This document shows, piece after piece, positions 8,968 to 16,948 of a DNA stretch of 19,405 bases. Position 1 is the stretch's first letter. Each line of letters starts with the position of its first letter. The notes below the pieces were generated by a model that had not been told where the DNA came from, did no database searches, and saw nothing but the letters and a program-made list of their open reading frames with translations. Made by a program: the position numbers and the translations under genes. The DNA comes from Bdellovibrionota bacterium (GTDB lineage Bacteria > Bdellovibrionota_C > UBA2361 > OMIW01), in contig JBIJBT010000054.1 in the NCBI GenBank assembly GCA_044345055.1, forward strand, positions 1 through 19,405. The letters are read 5' to 3'.

Positions 8968-9342
8968 ATGCCTAGTTCTATTCAACATGTTTGCAACATC
9001 AAGCTCTTCGAACTTTTGGTAAAGAATGTAAATGAACAAACACGTGTTTTAAGTCCGAGTTTGCTGCATAAACCACAAGAGTCCGAACTTGGATTTCTAC
9101 AAAGAGGTATCGGGCAATTGCTAAATGCCTCTGAAACAGTGTACCGTGCCGTCGATTTAACAACAACAAAAGCAGCAGTGAATGAATACACTGTCGCGAT
9201 GACAGGACTTGAAAGCCAGCTAAAACAGAGTATTGTGCTAAAGAATCCGGAGCTTAGAGCTGCCACACAAAGGTTGCTCGCACATGCTCAGACAATGCTA
9301 GACTCTTACAGTGCTCGACTGCAGGCTCTCCAACAAACCTAA
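8968..9342 (+). CDS. hypothetical alpha-helical protein (~124 aa, start uncertain)
   Basis: The 3' part of the 8500..9342 ORF has a natural amphipathic-helix composition, while the 5' part is low-complexity. The RBS is weak; alternative ATGs are at 8848 and 8884. Confidence 0.5.
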   Translation: MPSSIQHVCNIKLFELLVKNVNEQTRVLSPSLLHKPQESELGFLQRGIGQLLNASETVYRAVDLTTTKAAVNEYTVAMTGLESQLKQSIVLKNPELRAATQRLLAHAQTMLDSYSARLQALQQT

Positions 9343-9377
9343 CGACTCAAGACTACTCATAGCCCCAAGCTACCCCG

Positions 9378-9449
9378 AAAAAAACCAAAACATACCCTAC
9401 TGCACTGACGACATTGATCACACTCGCCATCAGCTACAGTAAAGGTATG
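9378..9449 (-). terminator. intrinsic terminator-like long hairpin downstream of the ArnT-like gene
   Basis: Minus strand CATACCTTTACTGTAGCTGATGGC-13 nt-GTCGTCAGTGCAGTAGGGTATG gives 22 bp with two bulges and four G-U pairs, directly followed by TTTTGGTTTTTTT. Confidence 0.65.
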
Positions 9450-9519
9450 CCCCGATTACACGTTTCATCGGGAGGGGATTTTCAGGGCCAACTAATTATT
9501 TCGATACCGCATCAAACCG

Positions 9520-9547
9520 ACCCTGCCACCCTGCCACCCTGCCACCC
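9520..9547. repeat. 8-bp tandem repeat (ACCCTGCC x3.5)
   Basis: ACCCTGCC ACCCTGCC ACCCTGCC ACCC, read directly from the sequence. Confidence 0.9.
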
Positions 9548-9606
9548 GTGCTTTCAAACCATTAAACGGTAATTTCTAGTCAGCAGAAGACTACCTTGAA
9601 TCAACT

Positions 9607-11388
9607 TCATAGCTTGATTTTAGCGGTTTTGTTGATTGGGCTGGGTAGCTTCAGTCTAAAGTATCGCCACTTCCCGCTTGAGGCACGGAGCTCTAGCTGT
9701 GCGAGATCTTCGGCGGATAGCCGCACCAGATCGGACTCCTTTAGAATGAATTGATCTGCTCCCGCAGCGAGCGCCTGAGTAAGGTCGCTGCCCATCGAAA
9801 CGACCGACAATTCCGGAATGACTGTGGGCCGATAGAAGATAACTGAATGAGGCGATCCATAAAGAAAAGCGAGAGCTCCCTCTTCTCCTCCGTATGCGAC
9901 GCCATCATTGTGGACCGCCTCAAGAATTGTTCGTGCCGAGCGTCTTGTAGACCAATAATCGTCCCCGCCAGCAATAATCCCGCTATAAAAGGCGATAAGA
10001 CCAACCATTCCAACCGGTACTATGACGGCAGCGCGGGATTGCCGAAAACGGTTCGCCGCGAGAACCACAAATAGCCCAATTACGACCACGATAAGGTAGC
10101 TGCTTGAGTACCCCCCACCCGCATAAAGTCCGTAAAGCCCTCCGAGAAAACCGCAAGTTCCACAAAGACCCGCGACCCGCGCTATGCCGGGCGAGCGGGC
10201 TCTTTGACTTTCTCTATCTCCGATAAAAGAGGTAAGCCACATCGCAGTAAGAACCGCAACCGCTGGAAGCGCCGAAAAGATATAGGTGGGCAATACCTGT
10301 CTTGCTGCGGTAAAAAAGAGGGGCGAAGCAACTGCCCAACACACGAGAAAGAGTACATTTTCGTTTTGGCGTACTATCGGAAACACGCTGCGCCATCGAG
10401 CTCCCGATACGAGGCGACCAATACCGACCAAGGACCAGGGAAATGCAACGCCGATAAACATAAGCCAGATCATGCCGTGTGGCTGCGTGTGCAGAGTACC
10501 GTACCGGACACCTGACTCGTCACTACTCACAAACCGCAGAAAATTCTCCTGAACGAAAAAATAGCGGAGGAACCCTGGAGTAGCTATCTCTGCCGCGATA
10601 TACCACGGAATCCAGATGGAGAAAAAAAGCGTCAACCCTGAACGCCACGGCACTTCACGCAGCCGAGACCATCGACCTGAAAAGCCAAGCCACAATCCAG
10701 CTCCTACTCCAAATAAAACAACCGCAACCGGCCCCTTTGTTAGAAAACCAAGCCCAAGAGCAACAAAAGCCCCCCGAAACCACCAATCTCGCTTATTAGG
10801 ATCGGTTACTCCAAAAAGGGCGATAAAGGTTGTGAAAAAAGCGCTCGAAACAGCGAGGGCAAGGGTCGGATCTGTCAAACTCACCGCTGAAAAAAGAAAT
10901 ACCCCACCACAAGAGATGTATACGAGCGCAGCAAGAAGACTCAGAGACCAAGAGCCGATTATGGCTCCAATTGCTGCAACCATCGCCGCACTAAGCACGA
11001 TGCTCGTAAATCCAGGGAATCTGGCCGCCTCTGTGGTGTACCCAAAGAGCCGAAAACTAGCCGCAGTAATCCACATGTGGAGCGGCGGTTTTGCCCAATA
11101 GTTTTCCCACCCCTGCGAAGTATGAATCTTTGGGGTAATGTAATTGTTACTCTCGATCATCTGCTGAGCAGAGGTCGCAAAGCGGGTTTCAGATGGGTCT
11201 ACCAGCGCCGGTTGGCCAAGGGTAACAAGGCGAACGGCTAGAGCGACAAGAATTAAACCGGCAACCCACCACCGCTCTCGAAGAGAAAGAAACTCTCGGC
11301 TTATCGAGGAAGGCAAACCGCACCGAAGCTCGTCGGCAGGAGTTGAATTCGTTTCAGCGGATCCTGCTGACTGAGGAGCAGATGACAT
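9607..11388 (-). CDS. ArnT-family (GT83) polyprenyl-phosphate-sugar glycosyltransferase
   Basis: LVDPSETRFATSAQQM...YITP...YWAKPPLHMW, AARFP, LGFLTKGP, FFVQENFLRF and QVLPTYI mirror ArnT-family motifs; about 13 hydrophobic segments. The substrate cannot be determined from sequence. Confidence 0.85.
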   Translation of the reverse strand: MSSAPQSAGSAETNSTPADELRCGLPSSISREFLSLRERWWVAGLILVALAVRLVTLGQPALVDPSETRFATSAQQMIESNNYITPKIHTSQGWENYWAKPPLHMWITAASFRLFGYTTEAARFPGFTSIVLSAAMVAAIGAIIGSWSLSLLAALVYISCGGVFLFSAVSLTDPTLALAVSSAFFTTFIALFGVTDPNKRDWWFRGAFVALGLGFLTKGPVAVVLFGVGAGLWLGFSGRWSRLREVPWRSGLTLFFSIWIPWYIAAEIATPGFLRYFFVQENFLRFVSSDESGVRYGTLHTQPHGMIWLMFIGVAFPWSLVGIGRLVSGARWRSVFPIVRQNENVLFLVCWAVASPLFFTAARQVLPTYIFSALPAVAVLTAMWLTSFIGDRESQRARSPGIARVAGLCGTCGFLGGLYGLYAGGGYSSSYLIVVVIGLFVVLAANRFRQSRAAVIVPVGMVGLIAFYSGIIAGGDDYWSTRRSARTILEAVHNDGVAYGGEEGALAFLYGSPHSVIFYRPTVIPELSVVSMGSDLTQALAAGADQFILKESDLVRLSAEDLAQLELRASSGKWRYFRLKLPSPINKTAKIKL

Positions 11389-11594
11389 GGCAACTCAAAG
11401 GAATAACGGGAAGGAAAGATCGGGAGGCGGCCAAGAAGAGAAAAAACTGGCAGCCTCGAGTGAGGGATGAGCAGAAATTTGGAAGGGGCACCGACAGTCT
11501 TCGGCAAAGGACACAAGAAAGAAAAGGTCCTCCGTATAGCTTTTTTGAGGGGTTCGCTACCCACCCCCCAAAAAAAATATCTTCAAAGGCCAGA

Positions 11595-12470
11595 TTAGGC
11601 TGTTTTTAACACCTCAACCATCCTCTTACCAAGATCCGCCGGTGAGCGGACCGTTGCGACACCCGCCGCCTCGAGAGCGCGATATTTACCCTCGGCCGTC
11701 CCCGACCCGTGGCTAATAATCGCACCCGCGTGGCCCATACGCCGTCCCTCCGGGGCTGTTGCACCACAAATAAATCCAACAACCGGTTTTTTCATATTGG
11801 TCTTGATCCACTCAGCAGCCTCTTCCTCTGCCGAGCCGCCGATCTCTCCAATCATCACAACCGCTCGAGTTTCTGGATCGCCGTTAAAAAGCTCCAAACA
11901 GTCGATAAAATTGGTACCATTCAACGGGTCGCCACCGATACCGATGCAGGTGGATTGACCCAAGCCAAGCGAAGTAAGCTGAAAGACTGCTTCGTAGGTC
12001 AGGGTACCGCTTCGAGATACAACGCCAATGTCACCCGGCTGATGGATGTGACCAGGCATAATACCGATCTTTGCTTCTCCTGGAGTGATGATTCCGGGGC
12101 AGTTTGGCCCAAGAAGACGGGTTCTCTTGCCCTCAAGGAATGCATTAACCCGCAACATATCTAGAACCGGAATCCCCTCGGTTATGCAGATTACTAGGTC
12201 GAGATCGGCGTCGACCGCCTCCATAATCGCGTCAGCGGCAAAGGGAGGAGGAACATATATGATACTAACAGTCGCGCCGGTTTTTTCCTTTGCCTGATCA
12301 ACCGTATCGAAAAGAGGTATCCCCTCAAAATCAGTCCCCCCCTTCCCTGGCGCAACACCAGCGACCATTTGGGTTCCGTACTCTTTGCACATCCTCGTGT
12401 GAAACGAACCGCTCTTTCCGGTGATTCCCTGCGTCATCACCCGAGTATTTTTATTTACCAACACTGACAT
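11595..12470 (-). CDS. sucD: succinyl-CoA synthetase alpha subunit
   Basis: [31 protein letters not shown] and the phospho-His motif RMGHAGA. Start at ATG 12470 (MSVLVN). Confidence 0.98.
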   Translation of the reverse strand: MSVLVNKNTRVMTQGITGKSGSFHTRMCKEYGTQMVAGVAPGKGGTDFEGIPLFDTVDQAKEKTGATVSIIYVPPPFAADAIMEAVDADLDLVICITEGIPVLDMLRVNAFLEGKRTRLLGPNCPGIITPGEAKIGIMPGHIHQPGDIGVVSRSGTLTYEAVFQLTSLGLGQSTCIGIGGDPLNGTNFIDCLELFNGDPETRAVVMIGEIGGSAEEEAAEWIKTNMKKPVVGFICGATAPEGRRMGHAGAIISHGSGTAEGKYRALEAAGVATVRSPADLGKRMVEVLKTA

Positions 12471-12569
12471 CGTCTCATCCCCCTGAAAGATTGTCTCTTC
12501 CACTCTAGGCAGCCTAGCCCTTTAGCGTTTCCTTATTACGCCGAGGAGGCCGCCGAGAGCGGCGATTTT

Positions 12570-13736
12570 TTACGAGGCAGCAACCGCCTTAATTATCGCC
12601 GTCGCGGCTTCATCCATCGTGTCGGCCGGAGTTATTGAGAGCCCCGAATGTTGCAGAATTTCCCGACCCTTCTCGACATTTGTTCCCTGTAATCGCACCA
12701 CTAAGGGAACCGACACAGATAGCTCTTTAGCTGCCTCGACTATTCCCTGCGCGATAACATCGCACCGCATGATTCCGCCAAAGATATTCACCAAAATGCC
12801 CTTTACATGAGCATCCGAGAGCAAAAGCTTAAACGCTTCTGTAACGGTTTCCTTGGAAGCTCCTCCGCCTACATCGAGAAAGTTTGCGGGGTTACCACCG
12901 AAAAACTGAATAATATCCATCGTCGCCATCGCGAGTCCGGCACCGTTAACCATGCACCCAATATTGCCATCAAGCGCGATGTAGCTTAAGCCAAGCTTGC
13001 TCGCCTTGAGATCTTTTGGATCCATTTCATCATAATCCATCATCGCCTTAAGGGCGGGATGGCGGAAAAGGGCGTTATCATCGATAGACACCTTCGCATC
13101 GAGGACAACGAACTGCCCCTCTGTTGTCAACACCAAGGGGTTAATCTCAAGTAGACTCATGTCGTATTTAAGAAATGAGTCGTAAAGCCCTCGCAAGAGC
13201 GAGCTGAGCGATTTTACCGATGAAAACGGCAAGCCGAGCGCTATTGCGAGCTTAATTCCGTGAAAGTTCTGGAAACCAACCTTCGGATCGATCGGCAACG
13301 TGATGATTTTGTCGGGACTTTTTGCTGCAACCTCTTCAATATCCATCCCCCCTTCCGACGAGGCAACCACGGAAACACACCGCCCACCCCGATCGACTAG
13401 AAGGCTGAGGTAGTATTCGTGAGCGATGGAACATCCCTGCTCGACATAAACTTTTTTAACGAGCTTTCCTTTTGGGCCCGTTTGAGGGGTGACAAGGGTC
13501 ATACCCAGTATCTTGGCGGCGATATCACGCGCCTCCTCCGGGGTTTTCGCCAGCTTAACGCCTCCCCCTTTACCTCGCCCGCCGGCATGAATCTGAGCCT
13601 TTACGACGCACAGACCGCCCCCGAGATGGTCAGCAGCTGCCTCAGCCTCTCCCGGAGAGTGACAGATAAACCCCCGCAACGTCGGAATCCCCATGGCCCG
13701 AAGAATCTCTTTCGCCTGAAATTCGTGTAGATTCAT
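12570..13736 (-). CDS. sucC: succinyl-CoA synthetase beta subunit
   Basis: MNLHEFQAK, KAQIHAGGRGKGGGVK, EINPL, GNIGCMVNGAGLAMATMD, ANFLDVGGGA and NIFGGI; 388 aa. Confidence 0.98.
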   Translation of the reverse strand: MNLHEFQAKEILRAMGIPTLRGFICHSPGEAEAAADHLGGGLCVVKAQIHAGGRGKGGGVKLAKTPEEARDIAAKILGMTLVTPQTGPKGKLVKKVYVEQGCSIAHEYYLSLLVDRGGRCVSVVASSEGGMDIEEVAAKSPDKIITLPIDPKVGFQNFHGIKLAIALGLPFSSVKSLSSLLRGLYDSFLKYDMSLLEINPLVLTTEGQFVVLDAKVSIDDNALFRHPALKAMMDYDEMDPKDLKASKLGLSYIALDGNIGCMVNGAGLAMATMDIIQFFGGNPANFLDVGGGASKETVTEAFKLLLSDAHVKGILVNIFGGIMRCDVIAQGIVEAAKELSVSVPLVVRLQGTNVEKGREILQHSGLSITPADTMDEAATAIIKAVAAS

Positions 13737-14014
13737 CTCTATTATTCTCGCGATGGTAATGTTTTGAGAGGTTGGTTTATCCGAAAATCAACTTCAGGAC
13801 AAGCCTCACACCCGACGGATTGTGACACAGCAACCCCCTTTCAGGAAAGCCTTTTGAGAGAGAGCATTGGGAGAATTTGAGTGCGAATGTGGGCGATAAA
13901 GGGGTGTAGAGGAGAAGGTAGGGGTAGTCTTGTCTCTGTATTTCAATTCCTGTGTCTTTTTGCCTCTGAGGATGGGAGAGATGGGGAAGGGAGCGATGGG
14001 AATAGTGTAAATAT

Positions 14015-14094
14015 CCCGTGTGCGCGGTCCTCCGGTCCGCATGAGGCACTGCCGTACCTCGAAGAGATGCGGACCGGAGGCCCGCGTACCCAGG
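14015..14094. repeat. inverted pair of REP-like sequences (REPIN-like doublet)
   Basis: The reverse complement of 14015-14042 (ATGCGGACCGGAGGACCGCGCACACGGG) and 14067-14094 (ATGCGGACCGGAGGCCCGCGTACCCAGG) are 24/28 identical. Each copy is itself a small imperfect hairpin (GCGGACC-GGA-GGnCCGC), and the spacer holds a GAGG/CCTC hairpin. Confidence 0.7.
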
Positions 14095-14218
14095 GGGGCT
14101 GACGAAAACTGACGAGCTTAGGACGGAGGGGGCGATTTGGGGCAATTGGATATAATAAAGCGCTCAGAATGAAAAAAAGAGCATAACCTTCAGAGGGCTT
14201 TTTTAGAGGGAGGGGATA

Positions 14219-15127
14219 ATGGTTTCCGTACTGCTTTCTGCATCCTGCTTTGAAAAATGGGTCGATCAGCCTAGCGGGGCGGCTATGTTGTCAGCGACTA
14301 TTCGTCAGCTCAATGATTCGATTGATGGGTATGTGTTGAACTTTTCCTTCAACGATCTGGAGGATTTGTCTCTTCATAAGGAAACAACCCCCTTTATCCC
14401 CTTTTCTCTCCGCGGAATAAATCAGGATGCTGGAGAATCTTTGTGGAGAAAATCAAAAACTTGCATCGCTCTTCCTCCGTTGACAGATCTCATCCCAGAT
14501 ACAGAGATTGCGTTAGCCGAGATTATGAACGAGGCGGCTGAAAAGGTCGGCTGCTTTCGATTCCATATCTCAGTTCCTACGATTGAGGGTGTCCGTTCTC
14601 TCGAACTTGTATTATCGAAACTCTCCCCATTTATATCGTTGGTCGTAAGTGGATTTGAGACAAAGCCCTCTGTCATTGCCGAGATGGTACCTCTCCTTAA
14701 TTCAACCCCGAACCTCTCGTTTGCCGCTCATGGACAACTGTGGACCGAACAGATTCCGGCGATAGCAGCGACACGGATGATTTCTTTAATTCGTGAACAA
14801 TCGGCGAATTATTCAGACCTTCGCTGGTCATCAATGAACTCAAATCACCGAGCCTATATCGGAAAAGCAGATTTTAAAGGGGTATTAGTAACGGGCTCGG
14901 GCCGGGCCATTCCGGAAAGCATCATAGAGTACCTTTCCGGAGATGGATCGATTATTGTGGAGGGAGAAACTCCAATCGAAGCAACCCCACTCCTCTTTCG
15001 AGAGATTCAGAATGTGAAGGAAATTGCCAGCGCCGTCGCGAGCACCAAATCAGCGCCGCAACCAATAAAACGGCCGACAAGTGCGCTTGAAAAGTTGGCT
15101 CAAGAACTTCGAGCTACCGCATTATAG
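14219..15127 (+). CDS. hypothetical protein, possibly a degenerate sugar-phosphate isomerase/AP-endonuclease-2-like TIM barrel
   Basis: 302-aa ORF with a good RBS (GGGAGGGG), divergent from sucC, with an alternating beta/alpha pattern. The fold assignment is weak inference. Confidence 0.7.
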   Translation: MVSVLLSASCFEKWVDQPSGAAMLSATIRQLNDSIDGYVLNFSFNDLEDLSLHKETTPFIPFSLRGINQDAGESLWRKSKTCIALPPLTDLIPDTEIALAEIMNEAAEKVGCFRFHISVPTIEGVRSLELVLSKLSPFISLVVSGFETKPSVIAEMVPLLNSTPNLSFAAHGQLWTEQIPAIAATRMISLIREQSANYSDLRWSSMNSNHRAYIGKADFKGVLVTGSGRAIPESIIEYLSGDGSIIVEGETPIEATPLLFREIQNVKEIASAVASTKSAPQPIKRPTSALEKLAQELRATAL

Positions 15128-15152
15128 GAAATAGTTAAGAGAGGGTGCGATA

Positions 15153-15195
15153 TAAAGGGTGCAATCAACCGCAGCCCCCTTTTTTACACCCTTTA
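15153..15195. terminator. probable terminator between the convergent hypothetical gene and gndA
   Basis: TAAAGGGTG...CACCCTTTA is a 9-bp inverted repeat. An alternative GGGTGC/GCAGCCC stem is followed by T6. Confidence 0.45.
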
Positions 15196-15244
15196 AGTTG
15201 AGAAACACGGACTCAATACCGCATAGCTTAATCTGCGAGACGCA

Positions 15245-16654
15245 TTATCGGCGGGTGCCCCACTCGGTGTGGAACCACCCAGGACGGTCGATTCGCTCGT
15301 AGGTATGAGCTCCAAAATAATCCCGCTGTGCTTGGGTCAGATTCAATGGAAGTGAGGCAGCCCGATATTGGTCGTAATACGATAGCGCTGAGCAGAAAGC
15401 CGGGATAGGCACGCCGACCTGTGCTGCAAGTCCGACGACCTCACGCAAAGCTGGGAGCCGAGAAGAAAGTTCGTGACGAATTGCTGGAGCAAGGAGGAGA
15501 TTTCGCAATACCGGATTATCTGCGTAAGCGCGACGAATTTCTTCTAGGAACCGAGCACGAATAATGCACCCACCCTTCCAGATAGCCGCAACATCACCAA
15601 GACGAAGCGACCAGTTCCACTCAGCAGAGGCACGTGCAAGAAGTGCCATACCTTGGGCATAAGAGATTATTTTTGCACAATAGAGGGCATCGTGCGTTAG
15701 AGAATCGAGCTTTTCAGCGTCAATTGCTTGATGAGAGGCGCCAGATTGAAGCTGTTCCGATGCTTGTACTCTCTCTTCTTTGGCCGCACTCATCGCGCGA
15801 GCATCGACTGCAGCGCTAATTGTCGGTATCGCCACCCCAAGATCGAGCGCAGTTTGCACTGTCCATTTGCCAGTACCCTTTTGCCCCGCTTTATCAAGAA
15901 TATAATCGACCAGATAACCACCGGTCTCTTCATCACCCTGAGCGAAAATATTAGCGGTAATTTCGATCAAAAAGCTCTGAAGAACACCCGCATTCCACCG
16001 TTTAAATATCGAGGCCAATTCAGTGGGCTGTCGATTTCCGAGCGTCCTGAGAAGATCGTATGCCTCGGCAATAAGCTGCATATCGGCATACTCGATTCCA
16101 TTATGGACGGTCTTAACAAAGTGGCCAGCACCATCAGGTCCGATGTACGTTGTGCAAGGCCCCTCTGCATAGGCTGCTATTTTCTCAAAAAGAGGGCGAA
16201 CTAGCTCCCATGCCTCCCGACTTCCTCCCGGCATAATGCTTGCGCCGTTAAGAGCGCCCTCCTCTCCTCCAGAGATACCGACCCCTAAGAACTCAATGCC
16301 CGCTGCATTACACCGTTCAACACGACGCATCGTATCGTGGAAATTCGCGTTACCACCATCTATAAGAATATCTTCAGGAGAAAGAAGAGGCAGGAGCGTT
16401 TCTATAATATCATCGACCGCTGGACCCGCTTTTATCATGATAAAGATCCGACGGGGCCGCTCAATCGATTCTATAAATTCTTGCAAAGTTGAAGCTGCTA
16501 TAAACCGCTTACCAGCCTGTTCCTGCATAAACCGATCGGTAACCTCTCCGCTTCGATTAAAAACCGCGCAGGTAAAGCCGTTTCTTTCAAGATTGCGGGC
16601 AAGATTCGCCCCCATCACAGCCAAACCGATCATGCCAACATCTGCCTTCGTCAT
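15245..16654 (-). CDS. gndA: NADP-dependent 6-phosphogluconate dehydrogenase (decarboxylating)
   Basis: GLAVMG, VFNRS, IDGGN, SGGEEGA, GHFVKTVHNGIEY, QKGTGKWT, WKGGCIIR and QAQRDYFGAHTYER; GGGAG RBS. Confidence 0.98.
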   Translation of the reverse strand: MTKADVGMIGLAVMGANLARNLERNGFTCAVFNRSGEVTDRFMQEQAGKRFIAASTLQEFIESIERPRRIFIMIKAGPAVDDIIETLLPLLSPEDILIDGGNANFHDTMRRVERCNAAGIEFLGVGISGGEEGALNGASIMPGGSREAWELVRPLFEKIAAYAEGPCTTYIGPDGAGHFVKTVHNGIEYADMQLIAEAYDLLRTLGNRQPTELASIFKRWNAGVLQSFLIEITANIFAQGDEETGGYLVDYILDKAGQKGTGKWTVQTALDLGVAIPTISAAVDARAMSAAKEERVQASEQLQSGASHQAIDAEKLDSLTHDALYCAKIISYAQGMALLARASAEWNWSLRLGDVAAIWKGGCIIRARFLEEIRRAYADNPVLRNLLLAPAIRHELSSRLPALREVVGLAAQVGVPIPAFCSALSYYDQYRAASLPLNLTQAQRDYFGAHTYERIDRPGWFHTEWGTRR

Positions 16655-16948
16655 ACATGCTCCCTAGGTTACACCCTCGAAGATTTGCTCCTAATGCCGA
16701 GCGAGTAAAGCACCTGTTACCGTGAAGCTTGCCTCATTACCTTTCGGCGATTCGATGATACGCGCTATGGCAAAAAAAAGCCCAGCAACAATACCCCACC
16801 TCAAAAGCAAACCAGAGATGAAAGCCAAAACTCTCTACCTTCCCGCGCCAAGGACCCCTATAATACCGATCTCACCACCAACCTTGTCAAACCCTTTTCA
16901 AATTCAGAATCTCTTATACGAGCTTCGCTGCAATACAGTTCAAACATT

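Noticed and set aside
9520..9547. Possible CRISPR array
   Set aside because: It is an 8-bp head-to-tail repeat with no spacers, and no cas genes are present.
11541..11575. Hairpin after sucD as an intrinsic terminator
   Set aside because: The T tract precedes and the A tract follows the GC stem on both strands, the wrong polarity for a terminator; kept only as a stem-loop.
11343..11609. 88-aa basic ORF between the ArnT-like gene and sucD
   Set aside because: It is antisense-overlapping at both ends, arises from a purine-rich spacer and has no recognisable motif.
13777..14145. Small ORFs in the sucC upstream region, two containing MRTGGPRT
   Set aside because: The shared peptide is simply the inverted REP pair read on both strands.
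16859..16890. Sigma70 promoter elements between gndA and the protease (TTGACA on minus, TATAAT on plus)
   Set aside because: The minus-strand spacing to TATTAT is 19 nt and the plus-strand TATAAT lacks a -35; too weak to call.
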